This document shows positions 9,629-20,409 of a DNA stretch of 43,093 nucleotides, piece by piece; the first letter of the stretch is position 1, and the number at the start of each line of letters is the position of its first letter. The translations under genes and the position numbers were made by a program. Below the pieces are notes generated by a model. It saw only the letters and a program-made list of their open reading frames with translations, was not told the DNA's origin and ran no database searches. Origin of the DNA: Asterionella formosa (lineage: Eukaryota); NCBI GenBank assembly GCA_002256025.1, contig NKIB01014467.1, positions 1 through 43,093 of the forward strand, read 5' to 3'.

Positions 9629-12307
9629 ATGACCATCAGCAGCAGCGGAGACGAAGCCCAAAGTCACGATTGGTCAGCGTATTACGACGACAGCGGACAG
9701 CTTTATTATTACAATGCTGTTACGGAGGAATCAAGCTGGACTGCACCGGCAGAGGGCTTCCACCCGGCACCTCCACCGGAAGGCACAGATCCTGTTGTCG
9801 ATTATACATCGTCACAATCACAACAAGCAGTTGTAGTAGATGCTCAGGATGAAACGCAAGAAGGAGGCTCGACACCGACTCCGATGAGTCCGGTTGGTGG
9901 TGGTTCGGAACCGGAATCTGACGACACGGTATCGTCAGACGAGGATTCGTCTCAAGGAGGGGCAGACGACGCAGCCTCTAGTAGTAATGCTGGACAAGGC
10001 GACCATGATGCTGCAGTTGATGAACTACCTGTCGCTGCCACAGTTACATATTCCTCCGGTTGGGTGGCTTATCATGACGATGAAGGCAGAGAATACTATT
10101 ATAATGCAGAAACTGGGGCTACACAATGGGAAAAGCCTGACGATGAAGTACTCGACCAAGCACATACTGCGGAAAAAGACAGTGACGAAGCGATAGAGTA
10201 TGAGCTGACTCGAGTAGAAACTACTCCTCCACAATCACCGTTCATTGAGGAAGAACCTGAACGCGTACCAACTCCAGAGCCGGAGATTGATCCGAAGGTC
10301 AAGCGCTTGCAGGATGCAGAAGCAGCACTCAATTCGCCAGACAGTATCCTCGAATTGGGCTGTATCGATAACGTCAATATTCTACTCCAAGAGTTGGGAG
10401 GGTCAGAAGGAGGTCAGAAGGCCATGCAATCGTTGGTGAATAACTTTCAAGGCCAAACTGCGATCTGCGGATTGCTCTGTCAATGGCTGACAGAAATGAA
10501 GGTTCCGGACGAATCAGAGGATGCACTTGAGGAGGCTGCTGACGATATTCGAGAGAGTGTGCAGGAAGTCATCAACAAAATTGCAAAGGAAAGATTCAAT
10601 AAAGCGGTAGGGGACAGTATTTTCAGGTTGAAAAAGGCAGAAGCTGTCTTTCTGGATGAAATGATGGAATCGGAGCGATGGCGAAAGTTGCTGATTGACT
10701 TGTCGGCGTCTAACAAAGACAGCACACTATTAAAGTTCTGTTTGAAATCCATCTCCAATCGAGGGCACCACCGAGAAATTATTAAGCGAATTAACCCGTC
10801 CGATCATTTCGCGGTATTCAATGCCATGTTAGCGTCGGAATTTGCCGTAGTAGGGAAAATTGCTTTTGGCTCAACAAGTGATCTCGATACAGCCCTGGGG
10901 ATGAGCGAATTGGTGGAAGACTTGAGGCGAACGTGCACCTCTACCGCTTATACCTATATTTATGCTATTGAAGTCCTTAGGTACCTGATAGAGGAGGCTA
11001 GTCATTTATCTGATCAAGGACAAATGCGAGAAGCTATTCGCAAATGGGAACGCATTCAAGAAGAACTCGAAAACGCAATGATGGACCCATCCGTATCTTC
11101 AACTACTGCAGGATCATCCAGCTTGTTTAGAAAGAGGAGACTAGATATTGCATTGACAATCAGTGAGCTTCAGCAGCAGCAACGTAGACGACTTGATCCA
11201 ACGGTTTCAAATGTTGACCGTCATGACAACGAGCGCCACCATAATTCTTTGGAGACCGCGGTACTAGGACTCTTGAGGAAGAGTGCGATGGGCACTCAGT
11301 TGGATGACAATAATTTGGATCAGCTGCTACCAAAGAATGGTAGTGATGGGGGTGAGGTTGGAAAATTATTGATTTCACATCCCTTAGCCATCAAGGCTCT
11401 ATTGGGACACCTGTTTAAGCCTGGATCGACAAGAGTGCTTTCGTTGTTGACAAGAGCGAAGTGTGCACACCTTATAGCCCTTGCTGTTATGGCTGCCGAG
11501 AAGGTCTCAAATGAATATTCGGGGAAAGGAAGCCTAGTAGGAATTACTGACAAGAAGGCCCATGAGGAGGAAATTAAGGGCATGCTATTGACGGGAAGTC
11601 AAATGTGTGAGCTCGTTGAAAACATGGTTTCCTTTACTGTGTCGTCAAAAATTGAGGAGAATAATGCAAGCGCGGGCATGAAATTATGTGCCTTGGCTTT
11701 AAAAAGTGCTCCAGTAGCACAAGGCGTTATAAGTTGGTCCCTCGAAGTCGTCCGCGGGTCTGATTTTGTAACTTCTGCGTCATACCCAACTCTTTCCCCT
11801 TGTATTCTCGGTTTGGTTCGGATTATCGCGTCAAAACATCCATTTACGAGACGCACAGCTATGGATGTTGCACTTACTTTCTTGGGCCATACCAACTCTG
11901 AGATTTCTTCGCAAAAAATGAACAGCCTGAAGGAACAATCCTTACGCCTATTGATAATTTTACTCTGCAAGGGAGAAGCAACGTCGGTTTTTGGCAGCAT
12001 TGCGGCCTTATTGAACGCGCAGGGGACTTCTGTTATTGATAGCTCCCTTCTTCGGTATTTTGTCAGCGGGCTTCTCGACGTTGTAATGCCACCTTTTTCG
12101 CTGGTCATGATCCGGTCAATGGGTGCCATGTTATCAACGAAACCATGCATTGAAGCCGTTCGATCAACCTTCTTCGGCGATGTGAACCAGGCTAGACTAA
12201 ATAGTATTGTTGATAGATTCAGGGAATCGGTTCAAAATGACGAGGCTCTGAAGGCCAACGCAAACGATAAGAAGCTTGTATCTCTTCTCGTCGCATCGTA
12301 CTGCTAA
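9629..12307 (+). CDS. Negative elongation factor C/D (TH1-like) homolog with two N-terminal WW domains
   Basis: First ATG at 9629 (the ORF track starts at a TTG). WW1 is DWSAYYDDSGQLYYYNAVTEESSWTAP and WW2 is GWVAYHDDEGREYYYNAETGATQWEKP. The body has TH1/NELF-C/D-like blocks in order: DSILE, GLLCQWL, RFNKAVGDSIF, FLDEMMESERWRKLLIDLS, LLKFCLKSISNRGH, TYIYA, IDSSLLRYFV..LLDVVMPPFS. Confidence 0.8.
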   Translation: MTISSSGDEAQSHDWSAYYDDSGQLYYYNAVTEESSWTAPAEGFHPAPPPEGTDPVVDYTSSQSQQAVVVDAQDETQEGGSTPTPMSPVGGGSEPESDDTVSSDEDSSQGGADDAASSSNAGQGDHDAAVDELPVAATVTYSSGWVAYHDDEGREYYYNAETGATQWEKPDDEVLDQAHTAEKDSDEAIEYELTRVETTPPQSPFIEEEPERVPTPEPEIDPKVKRLQDAEAALNSPDSILELGCIDNVNILLQELGGSEGGQKAMQSLVNNFQGQTAICGLLCQWLTEMKVPDESEDALEEAADDIRESVQEVINKIAKERFNKAVGDSIFRLKKAEAVFLDEMMESERWRKLLIDLSASNKDSTLLKFCLKSISNRGHHREIIKRINPSDHFAVFNAMLASEFAVVGKIAFGSTSDLDTALGMSELVEDLRRTCTSTAYTYIYAIEVLRYLIEEASHLSDQGQMREAIRKWERIQEELENAMMDPSVSSTTAGSSSLFRKRRLDIALTISELQQQQRRRLDPTVSNVDRHDNERHHNSLETAVLGLLRKSAMGTQLDDNNLDQLLPKNGSDGGEVGKLLISHPLAIKALLGHLFKPGSTRVLSLLTRAKCAHLIALAVMAAEKVSNEYSGKGSLVGITDKKAHEEEIKGMLLTGSQMCELVENMVSFTVSSKIEENNASAGMKLCALALKSAPVAQGVISWSLEVVRGSDFVTSASYPTLSPCILGLVRIIASKHPFTRRTAMDVALTFLGHTNSEISSQKMNSLKEQSLRLLIILLCKGEATSVFGSIAALLNAQGTSVIDSSLLRYFVSGLLDVVMPPFSLVMIRSMGAMLSTKPCIEAVRSTFFGDVNQARLNSIVDRFRESVQNDEALKANANDKKLVSLLVASYC

Positions 12308-12410
12308 GCTATGTGAGCGTGGTGATAGGGACCCCAACGAACAACGGAGTTGAAGCCACACGTAGTGAAGGTTTAATGGTTTTTAATCATAAAATTTCGC
12401 AGCCAATCTA

Positions 12411-15400
12411 TTACTCGTCGTGACCTTCCTTTCCAGCGGCTTTGACGAGATCCGCAAACATTCCACCTCTGTCCAAAAGCACTTGTGGTGTATCAAACTC
12501 CGCGGCCTGGCCATCGTCCATCACTAAAATGAAGTCGGAATCCATGATTGTATTGATTCTATGTGCAACAGTTATGGTGGTTGCGTTGGCAAACTCACTT
12601 CGCATCACAGCTTGGATGCGTGCATCTGTATCTGCGTCGACGGCCGCTGTGGCTTCGTCCATGATCACAATGGTGGCCCCACATAAAAGTGCACGAGCAA
12701 TTACAAGCAATTGGCGTTGTCCAACTGAAAAGTTGCTGCCCCCATCATGGACCTCGTCCTCAAGATTCCGGATTTGGGCATTGGCCATACTCGAGAGAGA
12801 CATGCTCGACGATGATGGTTGCAACGTCGTGTACAAGCCAACGCGTGTGAGCACTTGGTAGAGCCTCGTGTCATCGAATTCTGAAAAGGGGTCCAAATTA
12901 GTCCTAACCGAGCCCGAAAACAAGACAGGATCCTGTGGGATTACTGCAATCTTTGAGCGAAGCTTTGTCAAGCCCAGAATTCTATGATCCACTCCATCAA
13001 TGATGATTTTTCCGTCGTCAAGCTCAACAATCCGAAGAAGGGCCACCATCAATGTTGATTTTCCTGTAATTTGGTTTTGGCGATACTATTAGCCAGAAGC
13101 ATTCAACAAAATGATGATACATTCACAGAATGACATGTGTACGAACTTACCAGCGCCGGTTCGTCCAACCACGCCGACTTTGCTTCCTGCGGGAATATTT
13201 ATGTTGAGACCCTTAAGTATCAATGGTAGCCCCGGCCTGTACCTCAACTTTGACCCAACAAATTTGATTTCGCCACCTGTCGGCCAAGTAGATTCAACCA
13301 GGTCATCCGACGGGGTATGCCTAGGAGCCTCACTCTTGATTTGACAATACTGTTCGATGCGTTCAACGGCAACCATGGATGCTTCGAGGTCACTTCCCAT
13401 TCTTACAATCCAATTCAACGACTGTGTCACTGAAAGGGCATATGAAATCGACAGGCCAGCGAGAGCAGCAAATCGCTCGTTCCCCCCTTGTTTCTTGTGT
13501 TGCAAAACGGAGCACAAACATGCAAAAGTGATGATAAGAGTACCCACAAGTTCTAATCGTACGGCCAGCCAACATTGTGCAGTCGCTGTAAGGAAATAAG
13601 CATGTTGCTGACGGTTAAGCATAGCATTCAAACGATCTGAGAGAGTGAGTTGTGCTGAGTAAGCTCTGATCGTTGATACTCCATCGAGCGTCTCTCCAAG
13701 AAGAGCGTAAATCGGTGACCGCCAAACCGAGTCAAGACGCTTCAGCTCCCTGTAGGTAATGGTAAAGTAAGCCTGTTGCATTAAGTAATAAACGATAATA
13801 GGGATCAAGCACGCGGTGAAGACCGGCGTTACACCAGATATCACAGCAATAGTGCAAATCACAGAAAACAAAGTTGCAAGATAGCTTCGAAGCGAAGACG
13901 CAATATTTTCGTCAACTGTATACATATCTGTTTGTGGGGTAGAGACAAGCAGAGAAGATTGAGAGAAAATGATCAAAATGGCAACCAACTAGAACGATTG
14001 AGTTGCACTCACCTTTGCTGAATCGATTAACAATACGACCAATAGGCGTCGTGTCGAAGAAGGACATAGGAGCTTTCAGAATTACAGATAGCAGGCGATT
14101 GAAGATTTGGCGTGATGCTCTCAACCCACATGCCATTACCAAAATAAGTCTGAAAAGAGTCGAGATGATGGATGCAAGATTGATTAGAGCATAAATCATG
14201 AGGAACTTCGCTTGGCTCTCACTGCCAGCGTGTTCTGACCAGTATGTCAACCACCACTTCGATACGACATTAATAAATTCCACAAACGCATATGATGCAA
14301 TAATCGCAAAAGGAGCCCAAATACCTCCTGCTGCCCTGCCCCACGCTATGTAGATTTTCAAATCAACATGGCCCGATTCTCGTTCCAGTATTTCGTCAGT
14401 CATGAGGACTCCAGACGGTTTTGGTGTGTCGTTCGCGACGGGCTTTTCTTCAATTACTACACTTGATGCAGTATCCGAAAGATCAGTCTCATCGTCTGCG
14501 GGCAACATTACCTCTATTGACGTATCATCGGAAAGAGTTAGGTCTTGAATGGATTCAACATTCAAGCCTTCTGTAGTAGTTGGTGAAACACCAGTTTCAG
14601 CCATTACGGCAAGAAATCTAGAAAAAAGTGTGTCATTCTTACTGAGCTCAGCGTATGATCCCTGTTCAACCACTCGACCCTCGCGAATCACCATGATACG
14701 GTTAACGAGTGGATGTCTCAAGTATTGAAGCGCATTTGTAACGAGAATAACTGTCTTTTTTCTGTGAGTCTCTCCATCCTGCATTTCCCTCTTGGCAAGA
14801 AGGAGCTCGTCAATTATGCATTTTTGGAACAGGTGTTTCCCGACGTGCGCATCAACTGCCGCAAGGGGATCGTCAAGAAGAGCAATATCTGCAGAATGGT
14901 ACACCGCACGCGCAAGAGCCACACGGGCTTTTTGTCCACCACTCAGGGTGATGCCTTTCTCGCCGATTTCTGTCTGGTCACCGGCTGCAAGTAACTCGAG
15001 GTCATGGAGAAGTGCGCATGAACGCAAGGCACGCTGGTACTTCTCCTCATCGACAGGCTCATCACTGTGCCCAAAGAGGATATTTGCTTTCACCGTGTCA
15101 TTCATTATAAATGGGGTCTGTGCAAAGTACGAAAGGCATCCATTGACGGAAGTGCTCCCAGAAAGCTCTCTTATTTCTCCCAAAATAGCATTAATAAAGG
15201 ACGATTTGCCGCAACCGACCCCACCTATGACTGCAACGAGCTCGCCTTCCTTGCAATCAAAGTTAATACGCTTCAAGCACATGAGGCTTGAAGATTGTAC
15301 TTCTTCTTCGCTCATTTTCACATCATTGAATGAGCTGCCTTTTTTCACCAGTTCCTTGATACAATGTTCGGCATCTTGTAATTGCGACCTGAGGAGTGTT

Positions 15401-16966
15401 ATCTCCCATTGCTTGTCAGCTAAGGCTTTTGTTTTGGGATCAATATCGACACCATACAGTTTCGGTTTCTTGCTTTCGTACGCATAGGAGGCATTTATGA
15501 TGCGAATGCCTTTTCCGTCAAGATCACCTTTTTGAATAGGAGAATGTTCGTCACAGAGCAAAAATGATCGAATGCGCTCCATTGATACACCAGCTTCGAC
15601 AATGTTGTTTATCACTTGGGGCAGCATGAATAGTGGGAAACGAAGGATATCAAACAACGCAAGCGATGTAAGGGCAGATGCGACTTCCAGCTGGTGCCCC
15701 GACCAAATGTATGCGGCAAAGGTGGCCAAGGCAACAGCAAGTGGTGTGGCACTCCACAACATGATGCTCAACGAGTTAAAAATAATATAGCGCCAAAGTT
15801 GTTTCAACTCAATTTCACGCAGGGCAAGAACACGATTCTCAAATGATTCTTCCCAAGCCTGCAGCTTAATGATCTTCATGCTTCCCAAGACTTCGCTATT
15901 GACTTCGACTCGCTTGTCCTTGGCCGCCATTAGTTCTCGCTGCATTTGTCCCATCCATTTTGCAACAGATTTTGTAATTGGCATCATGATAATAATGACT
16001 ATGAAATGCGTTATTTGGTGAGATTTTTAGGCGACAAAAAATGGATGCAAATACCAAACATTTTCTTACCTACTACGCCACCGAGACAACTGGCACCAAG
16101 TTGTTGAAAGAGAAAGTATAGGGCAAGCGCGATTTGAACAAATGAGTACCAAACCGCATGGAGATCTGATGACAAAGGTAAGAAAGTAAGCCTAAAATAT
16201 GCCACAAAACTCTAAGTCGAACCATCAAAAACTCACATGTCGTCAAATCTTGCATACGCTGGGCATCAATGGACATGAGATTGGTAATTTCGCCGAGCGT
16301 CCTTATCTGTCGTTCTGCCGAGTTCAAAACAAGGGCCTTCCTGTATACAGCAACTACTACAGCGCTTCTAATTCTCAACCCAGTCAAGTAGCAATTGAAA
16401 AAGTAGTGTCGAAGGCAAAAGCTCATCAAGAGCTGTGACACCGTGACAGCAGCAGTCAGCCACAGCCCTTCAGTGAGTGGTGCGTTGGCGTCCCGCAAAA
16501 AGTGAATGAGCCCATTCAATACTTGTGGCCCAACAAAGATAGCGCAGTCGTGTATTAGCTTAAGAAGTCCAGCTCGCATGAAATCCGCCCCAAATGCATA
16601 GAACAGAGCCCGAACAATGGATGGCGGTGCTATTACTGACGCCGCGCTTGGGTCCTTGGCCTTTTCTGCTTCCCAGTACGTATTGAATTTTTCCAGCACA
16701 TCCTCAGTGCTGCAGTCCTTGGGAAATTTTATACAATTAAGATCCTCGGGGTCTAACTTCTGCTTCACGTTCCCAATCTCCAGAACGGGCGAAAACCAAT
16801 CGAAAATGAGCTTGGACCAGATGGAAGCATTGGCGGGTCCACTGGGAATCTCCGCAGGCGCATCGGTCTTGCTCGATATGAGAGGTGCCGTCTCGGTCAC
16901 GCATCCAGGAGGGTCCGTGTTGCACTCGCCATTCTCGGGCTCAATACTGCCGTAGGTGGAGGCCAT
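12411..16966 (-). CDS. ABC transporter subfamily C (MRP-like, short form without TMD0); 5 exons: 16966-16237, 16165-16070, 15998-14013, 13927-13151, 13063-12411
   Basis: NBD1 GGVGCGKSS, EIGEKGITLSGGQKAR, LLDDPLAAVD. TMD2 APMSFFDTTPIGRIVNRFSKD, RELKRLDS. NBD2 GRTGAGKST, IPQDPVLF, NFSVGQRQL, MDEATA, AHR. GT-AG introns 16166-16236, 15999-16069, 13928-14012 and 13064-13150 each restore the frame. Confidence 0.95.
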
Positions 16967-17503
16967 GGCTCCCTGTTGAAATCGGAATAGAAACGAATAC
17001 TGCACTGCTATGAATTGTTTAGATTTCCAACAAGAAATTAGCTACCGGTAAAGCACTTTGATCTCAACCATGTGGACTATGAAAATATGATAGCTAAAAC
17101 AATACATGTCGTCTGCTACATAAGGTAGTACAGGGACTCTACATAGCACTCCGAGCAATACACCTGGCACTGGTACCAAGGAATTTTGGGTAGACCACCT
17201 TTTTACTTAGGAAAATATTTAGCTAAATAAATCGATGGCCAGACCTTCCAACAGGTCCCTGACATACCTGCAGCAGAGGTCGTAACAATATATACCGTAT
17301 CGGTATGTACAGATGAGTGTAAGCAAAATGCATCAGTAAATCCCACGACAATTTACTCCATTTAATTAATCTACAGATGAGGATTGCATTTATCATCATT
17401 GCGCTCACTATTATCTACGTGTCATCCTCATTGCTCGGTGTTGACATCAATTAGCTAATTGGTCACCCTGTTCATATTACGACTTGACTGATCCACCATC
17501 ACC

Positions 17504-18651
17504 ATGTACAGAACAGCCACGTTGATGCTGTCAGCCAATAAGCGACGCTCTCTCGCTCTGAGTGTGCACTTCAAACAGCCTTCGTTTGGAATGACAGACT
17601 ATGAAATTCTCTCCAGAGCGTCGGCATTTTTGGTGTGGATCGATCCGCCGGATCCAGGGAAGGACAAGAAAGGAAAATATTCGGACTTGGAACAGGCTAT
17701 TAAAGAACGAGAGAAAGTGCATCGGATGCAAGAGCGCGGGAGTGAGCCGGCTGGGGGGCCTCGGCGAAATGCTCCAGAGTTGTCGTGGTTGGAGTTTTGT
17801 CCAAGCATATTTCGACCCAGAGTGCACTGCTTTGCTAGTTCGCATGTACTGTCGCCTTGGTTATGGCCCAAATACTATAACCATGAATGGTTGAAGGAAG
17901 TCAAACAAGAGCACTGCATTTACTCCTTGGAAGTGTATGACGACGAGGAGAACTCGTTGGCCAAGGTGGCCCTTTCTCCGTATGTCATTCATCATCCGAA
18001 CGAACTCGATCTCGGCATGATTCACTTGAAAAATGAACAAGAGACACTCAATCTGCTAGAAAAACTTGATGTTCAAATATTTCACATGCGAGACGACGAG
18101 ATTCTCTTTCAAAAGGATGAGGTGGTGCACTTTGATGGCTTTTGGATTACTGAAACGGACGAAACGAAAACCGAAAAAGAGAGCGATCAGGATACTCGAA
18201 TCTTTCACCATTTTGAGGAGGCAGGGAACCTCATATTTGCATCCACAGAAAGAATCCTTGCCTCGACACAACGCCCTCTGCCGGAAGGAATGTGTGGAGG
18301 CCCGGCGATCGACAAGTCTGGAACCATTGCTGGTATTGTGGAAGGAATTGTTCCTGTCAATCACACAGACAAAAAAATGGCTGGAGCAGCCAGCATGATA
18401 CCGTCGCCGCGTATCAAAGAGTTCATTGACTATGCGGAGCGCATCATGCTACAGCAAATTGTACCATCTGATGTGTTCGAACAAGTGGTTACGATAAAAT
18501 CAGGCAAGGACATTGGGCACGACAAGAATGAGTTAAATGTTGAGGAATTTGATATACAAGACAATATCAATGATGTTATGGAACAGATGAAAAAAAAGTA
18601 CTCCACAGAGGAAGTTGAAGCAATTAAAAAAACCGTTGAACGAGAAAAGGA
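17504..18651 (+). CDS. Trypsin/chymotrypsin-fold peptidase-like protein with Cys at the nucleophile site; 3' end lost in an N gap
   Basis: ASAFLV (GSGF-like strand), FASSHV (His), ELDLGMI (Asp) and PEGMCGGPAIDKSGTIAGIV (GxSGGP equivalent). Basic, hydroxyl-rich N-terminus. The ORF runs into the gap at 18652. Confidence 0.7.
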
Positions 18652-19168
18652 NNNNNNNNNNNNNNNNNNNNNNNNNNNNNNNNNNNNNNNNNNNNNNNNN
18701 NNNNNNNNNNNNNNNNNNNNNNNNNNNNNNNNNNNNNNNNNNNNNNNNNNNNNNNNNNNNNNNNNNNNNNNNNNNNNNNNNNNNNNNNNNNNNNNNNNNN
18801 NNNNNNNNNNNNNNNNNNNNNNNNNNNNNNNNNNNNNNNNNNNNNNNNNNNNNNNNNNNNNNNNNNNNNNNNNNNNNNNNNNNNNNNNNNNNNNNNNNNN
18901 NNNNNNNNNNNNNNNNNNNNNNNNNNNNNNNNNNNNNNNNNNNNNNNNNNNNNNNNNNNNNNNNNNNNNNNNNNNNNNNNNNNNNNNNNNNNNNNNNNNN
19001 NNNNNNNNNNNNNNNNNNNNNNNNNNNNNNNNNNNNNNNNNNNNNNNNNNNNNNNNNNNNNNNNNNNNNNNNNNNNNNNNNNNNNNNNNNNNNNNNNNNG
19101 ACTTTAAATGAGTTCCACCAGACATGACTACTACAAGTCTCCTTGCCAAGTATACGACTTTCTCGGTA

Positions 19169-20152
19169 TTACCGCATGGTTGGGATACTTTCAATGATTT
19201 GCGGAAAGTTCCAAATTTTTGCTGCATCTGGTGCAAGATCCAACAGGATCTTCCAAAGCTTATCCCTTTCGATCTGATCATAGGCAGATCCTGATGCGTT
19301 GCGGGGTGACCTCCACGTGAAATATTTGCCAGTTATGTCTTTCACTCCATCATCCGAGCACAACCACGTCTCATCAAGAGCATCTTCAACAGCAATGCCA
19401 ATGGGACCCCATCCAGCCAACAACATTTTGGTATTGACTGTCCCAGGATCTAGGCAATTGCAAGTGATGCGTTCTGTTTTGATTCCTGCGCTGATCAGTC
19501 TATCGGCAATCTCAAATGTTAGCATAGCATCCATCAACTTGGATTCAGCATAGGCACCATGCGCACTGTAGGGGCGCCGCGAATAATGAATATCTTCCCA
19601 ATCATTGATTCTTCGACATTGAGATACAGAGGATGCAATAACTATCCGAGATCGTTGTTGGAGAAGTGAAGGTAGCAACATTGATGATATGATAAACGGT
19701 GCCAGGACGTTGACTGCAAAGGTCTGCTCAGTTCCATCTGATGTTAGCGTCAACTCTTCCACGTACACTCCGGCGTTATTCATAAGGACGGAAAGTTTCA
19801 GGTCCTTCTCCTGGCAGACACGTTGGACTTGGCTCACGAGACCTTCGCAGCCATTGACGGTTTGGATATCCGCTTTAATTGGGAGCACCAACACGCTTGG
19901 ATCGTTGGAGTGTTCTTCGACAAATGCATGGATGACTGCACACGCTTTTTCAATACGGCCCGAGTCCTTGCCATGAAGCAGAACATTGTATCCCTTAGCT
20001 GCTAGGTTCTTGGCTGTAGTTAGGCCAATGCCATCGGTGGAGCCAGTAACAAGGGCAGTCGGTCGCTGAGAGGCGTCAGAAATAGACAAACCCTTGACTC
20101 CGCTGTCAAATAACATGCAAAGAGCGGCCGTAAAGGCTAACGCTTGCCTCAT
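19169..20152 (-). CDS. Short-chain dehydrogenase/reductase (retinol dehydrogenase-like) with an N-terminal signal peptide
   Basis: TGSTDGIG, NNAG, YAESK (YxxxK) and DPGTVNTKML. Hydrophobic N-terminus MRQALAFTAALCMLFDSGVKG. Confidence 0.9.
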   Translation of the reverse strand: MRQALAFTAALCMLFDSGVKGLSISDASQRPTALVTGSTDGIGLTTAKNLAAKGYNVLLHGKDSGRIEKACAVIHAFVEEHSNDPSVLVLPIKADIQTVNGCEGLVSQVQRVCQEKDLKLSVLMNNAGVYVEELTLTSDGTEQTFAVNVLAPFIISSMLLPSLLQQRSRIVIASSVSQCRRINDWEDIHYSRRPYSAHGAYAESKLMDAMLTFEIADRLISAGIKTERITCNCLDPGTVNTKMLLAGWGPIGIAVEDALDETWLCSDDGVKDITGKYFTWRSPRNASGSAYDQIERDKLWKILLDLAPDAAKIWNFPQIIESIPTMR

Positions 20153-20409
20153 ATCGCATCTGTGAGCGAGTGTATCGAAGTTTCAATGAAGAAATAAATT
20201 TTGCCTGGAGAATATTCCAAAATCAGCTGAAGAATGATAGCCTTATCGAAAGCATCTTTTTTAAGGTTACCGAAACCAAAACACTGTTTGGTTTGCGTTT
20301 TGGTCCACCGTTAGCAACTCTTGTTTCGATTTATTCATGTTGCGCTCGTGGTCAACAGCAATTTCCTTCTTTGTGTCCATGTTCCTACACTACCAGTACA
20401 TCGTACTGC

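Noticed and set aside
14860..14950. Degenerate Walker B (LLDD) in NBD1 and the FSVGQ signature in NBD2 of the ABC transporter
   Set aside because: This asymmetry is normal for ABCC proteins.
14792..15487. 231-aa antisense ORF over the ABCC gene, and similar shadow ORFs over other genes
   Set aside because: Antisense shadows of real CDS with no recognisable motifs.
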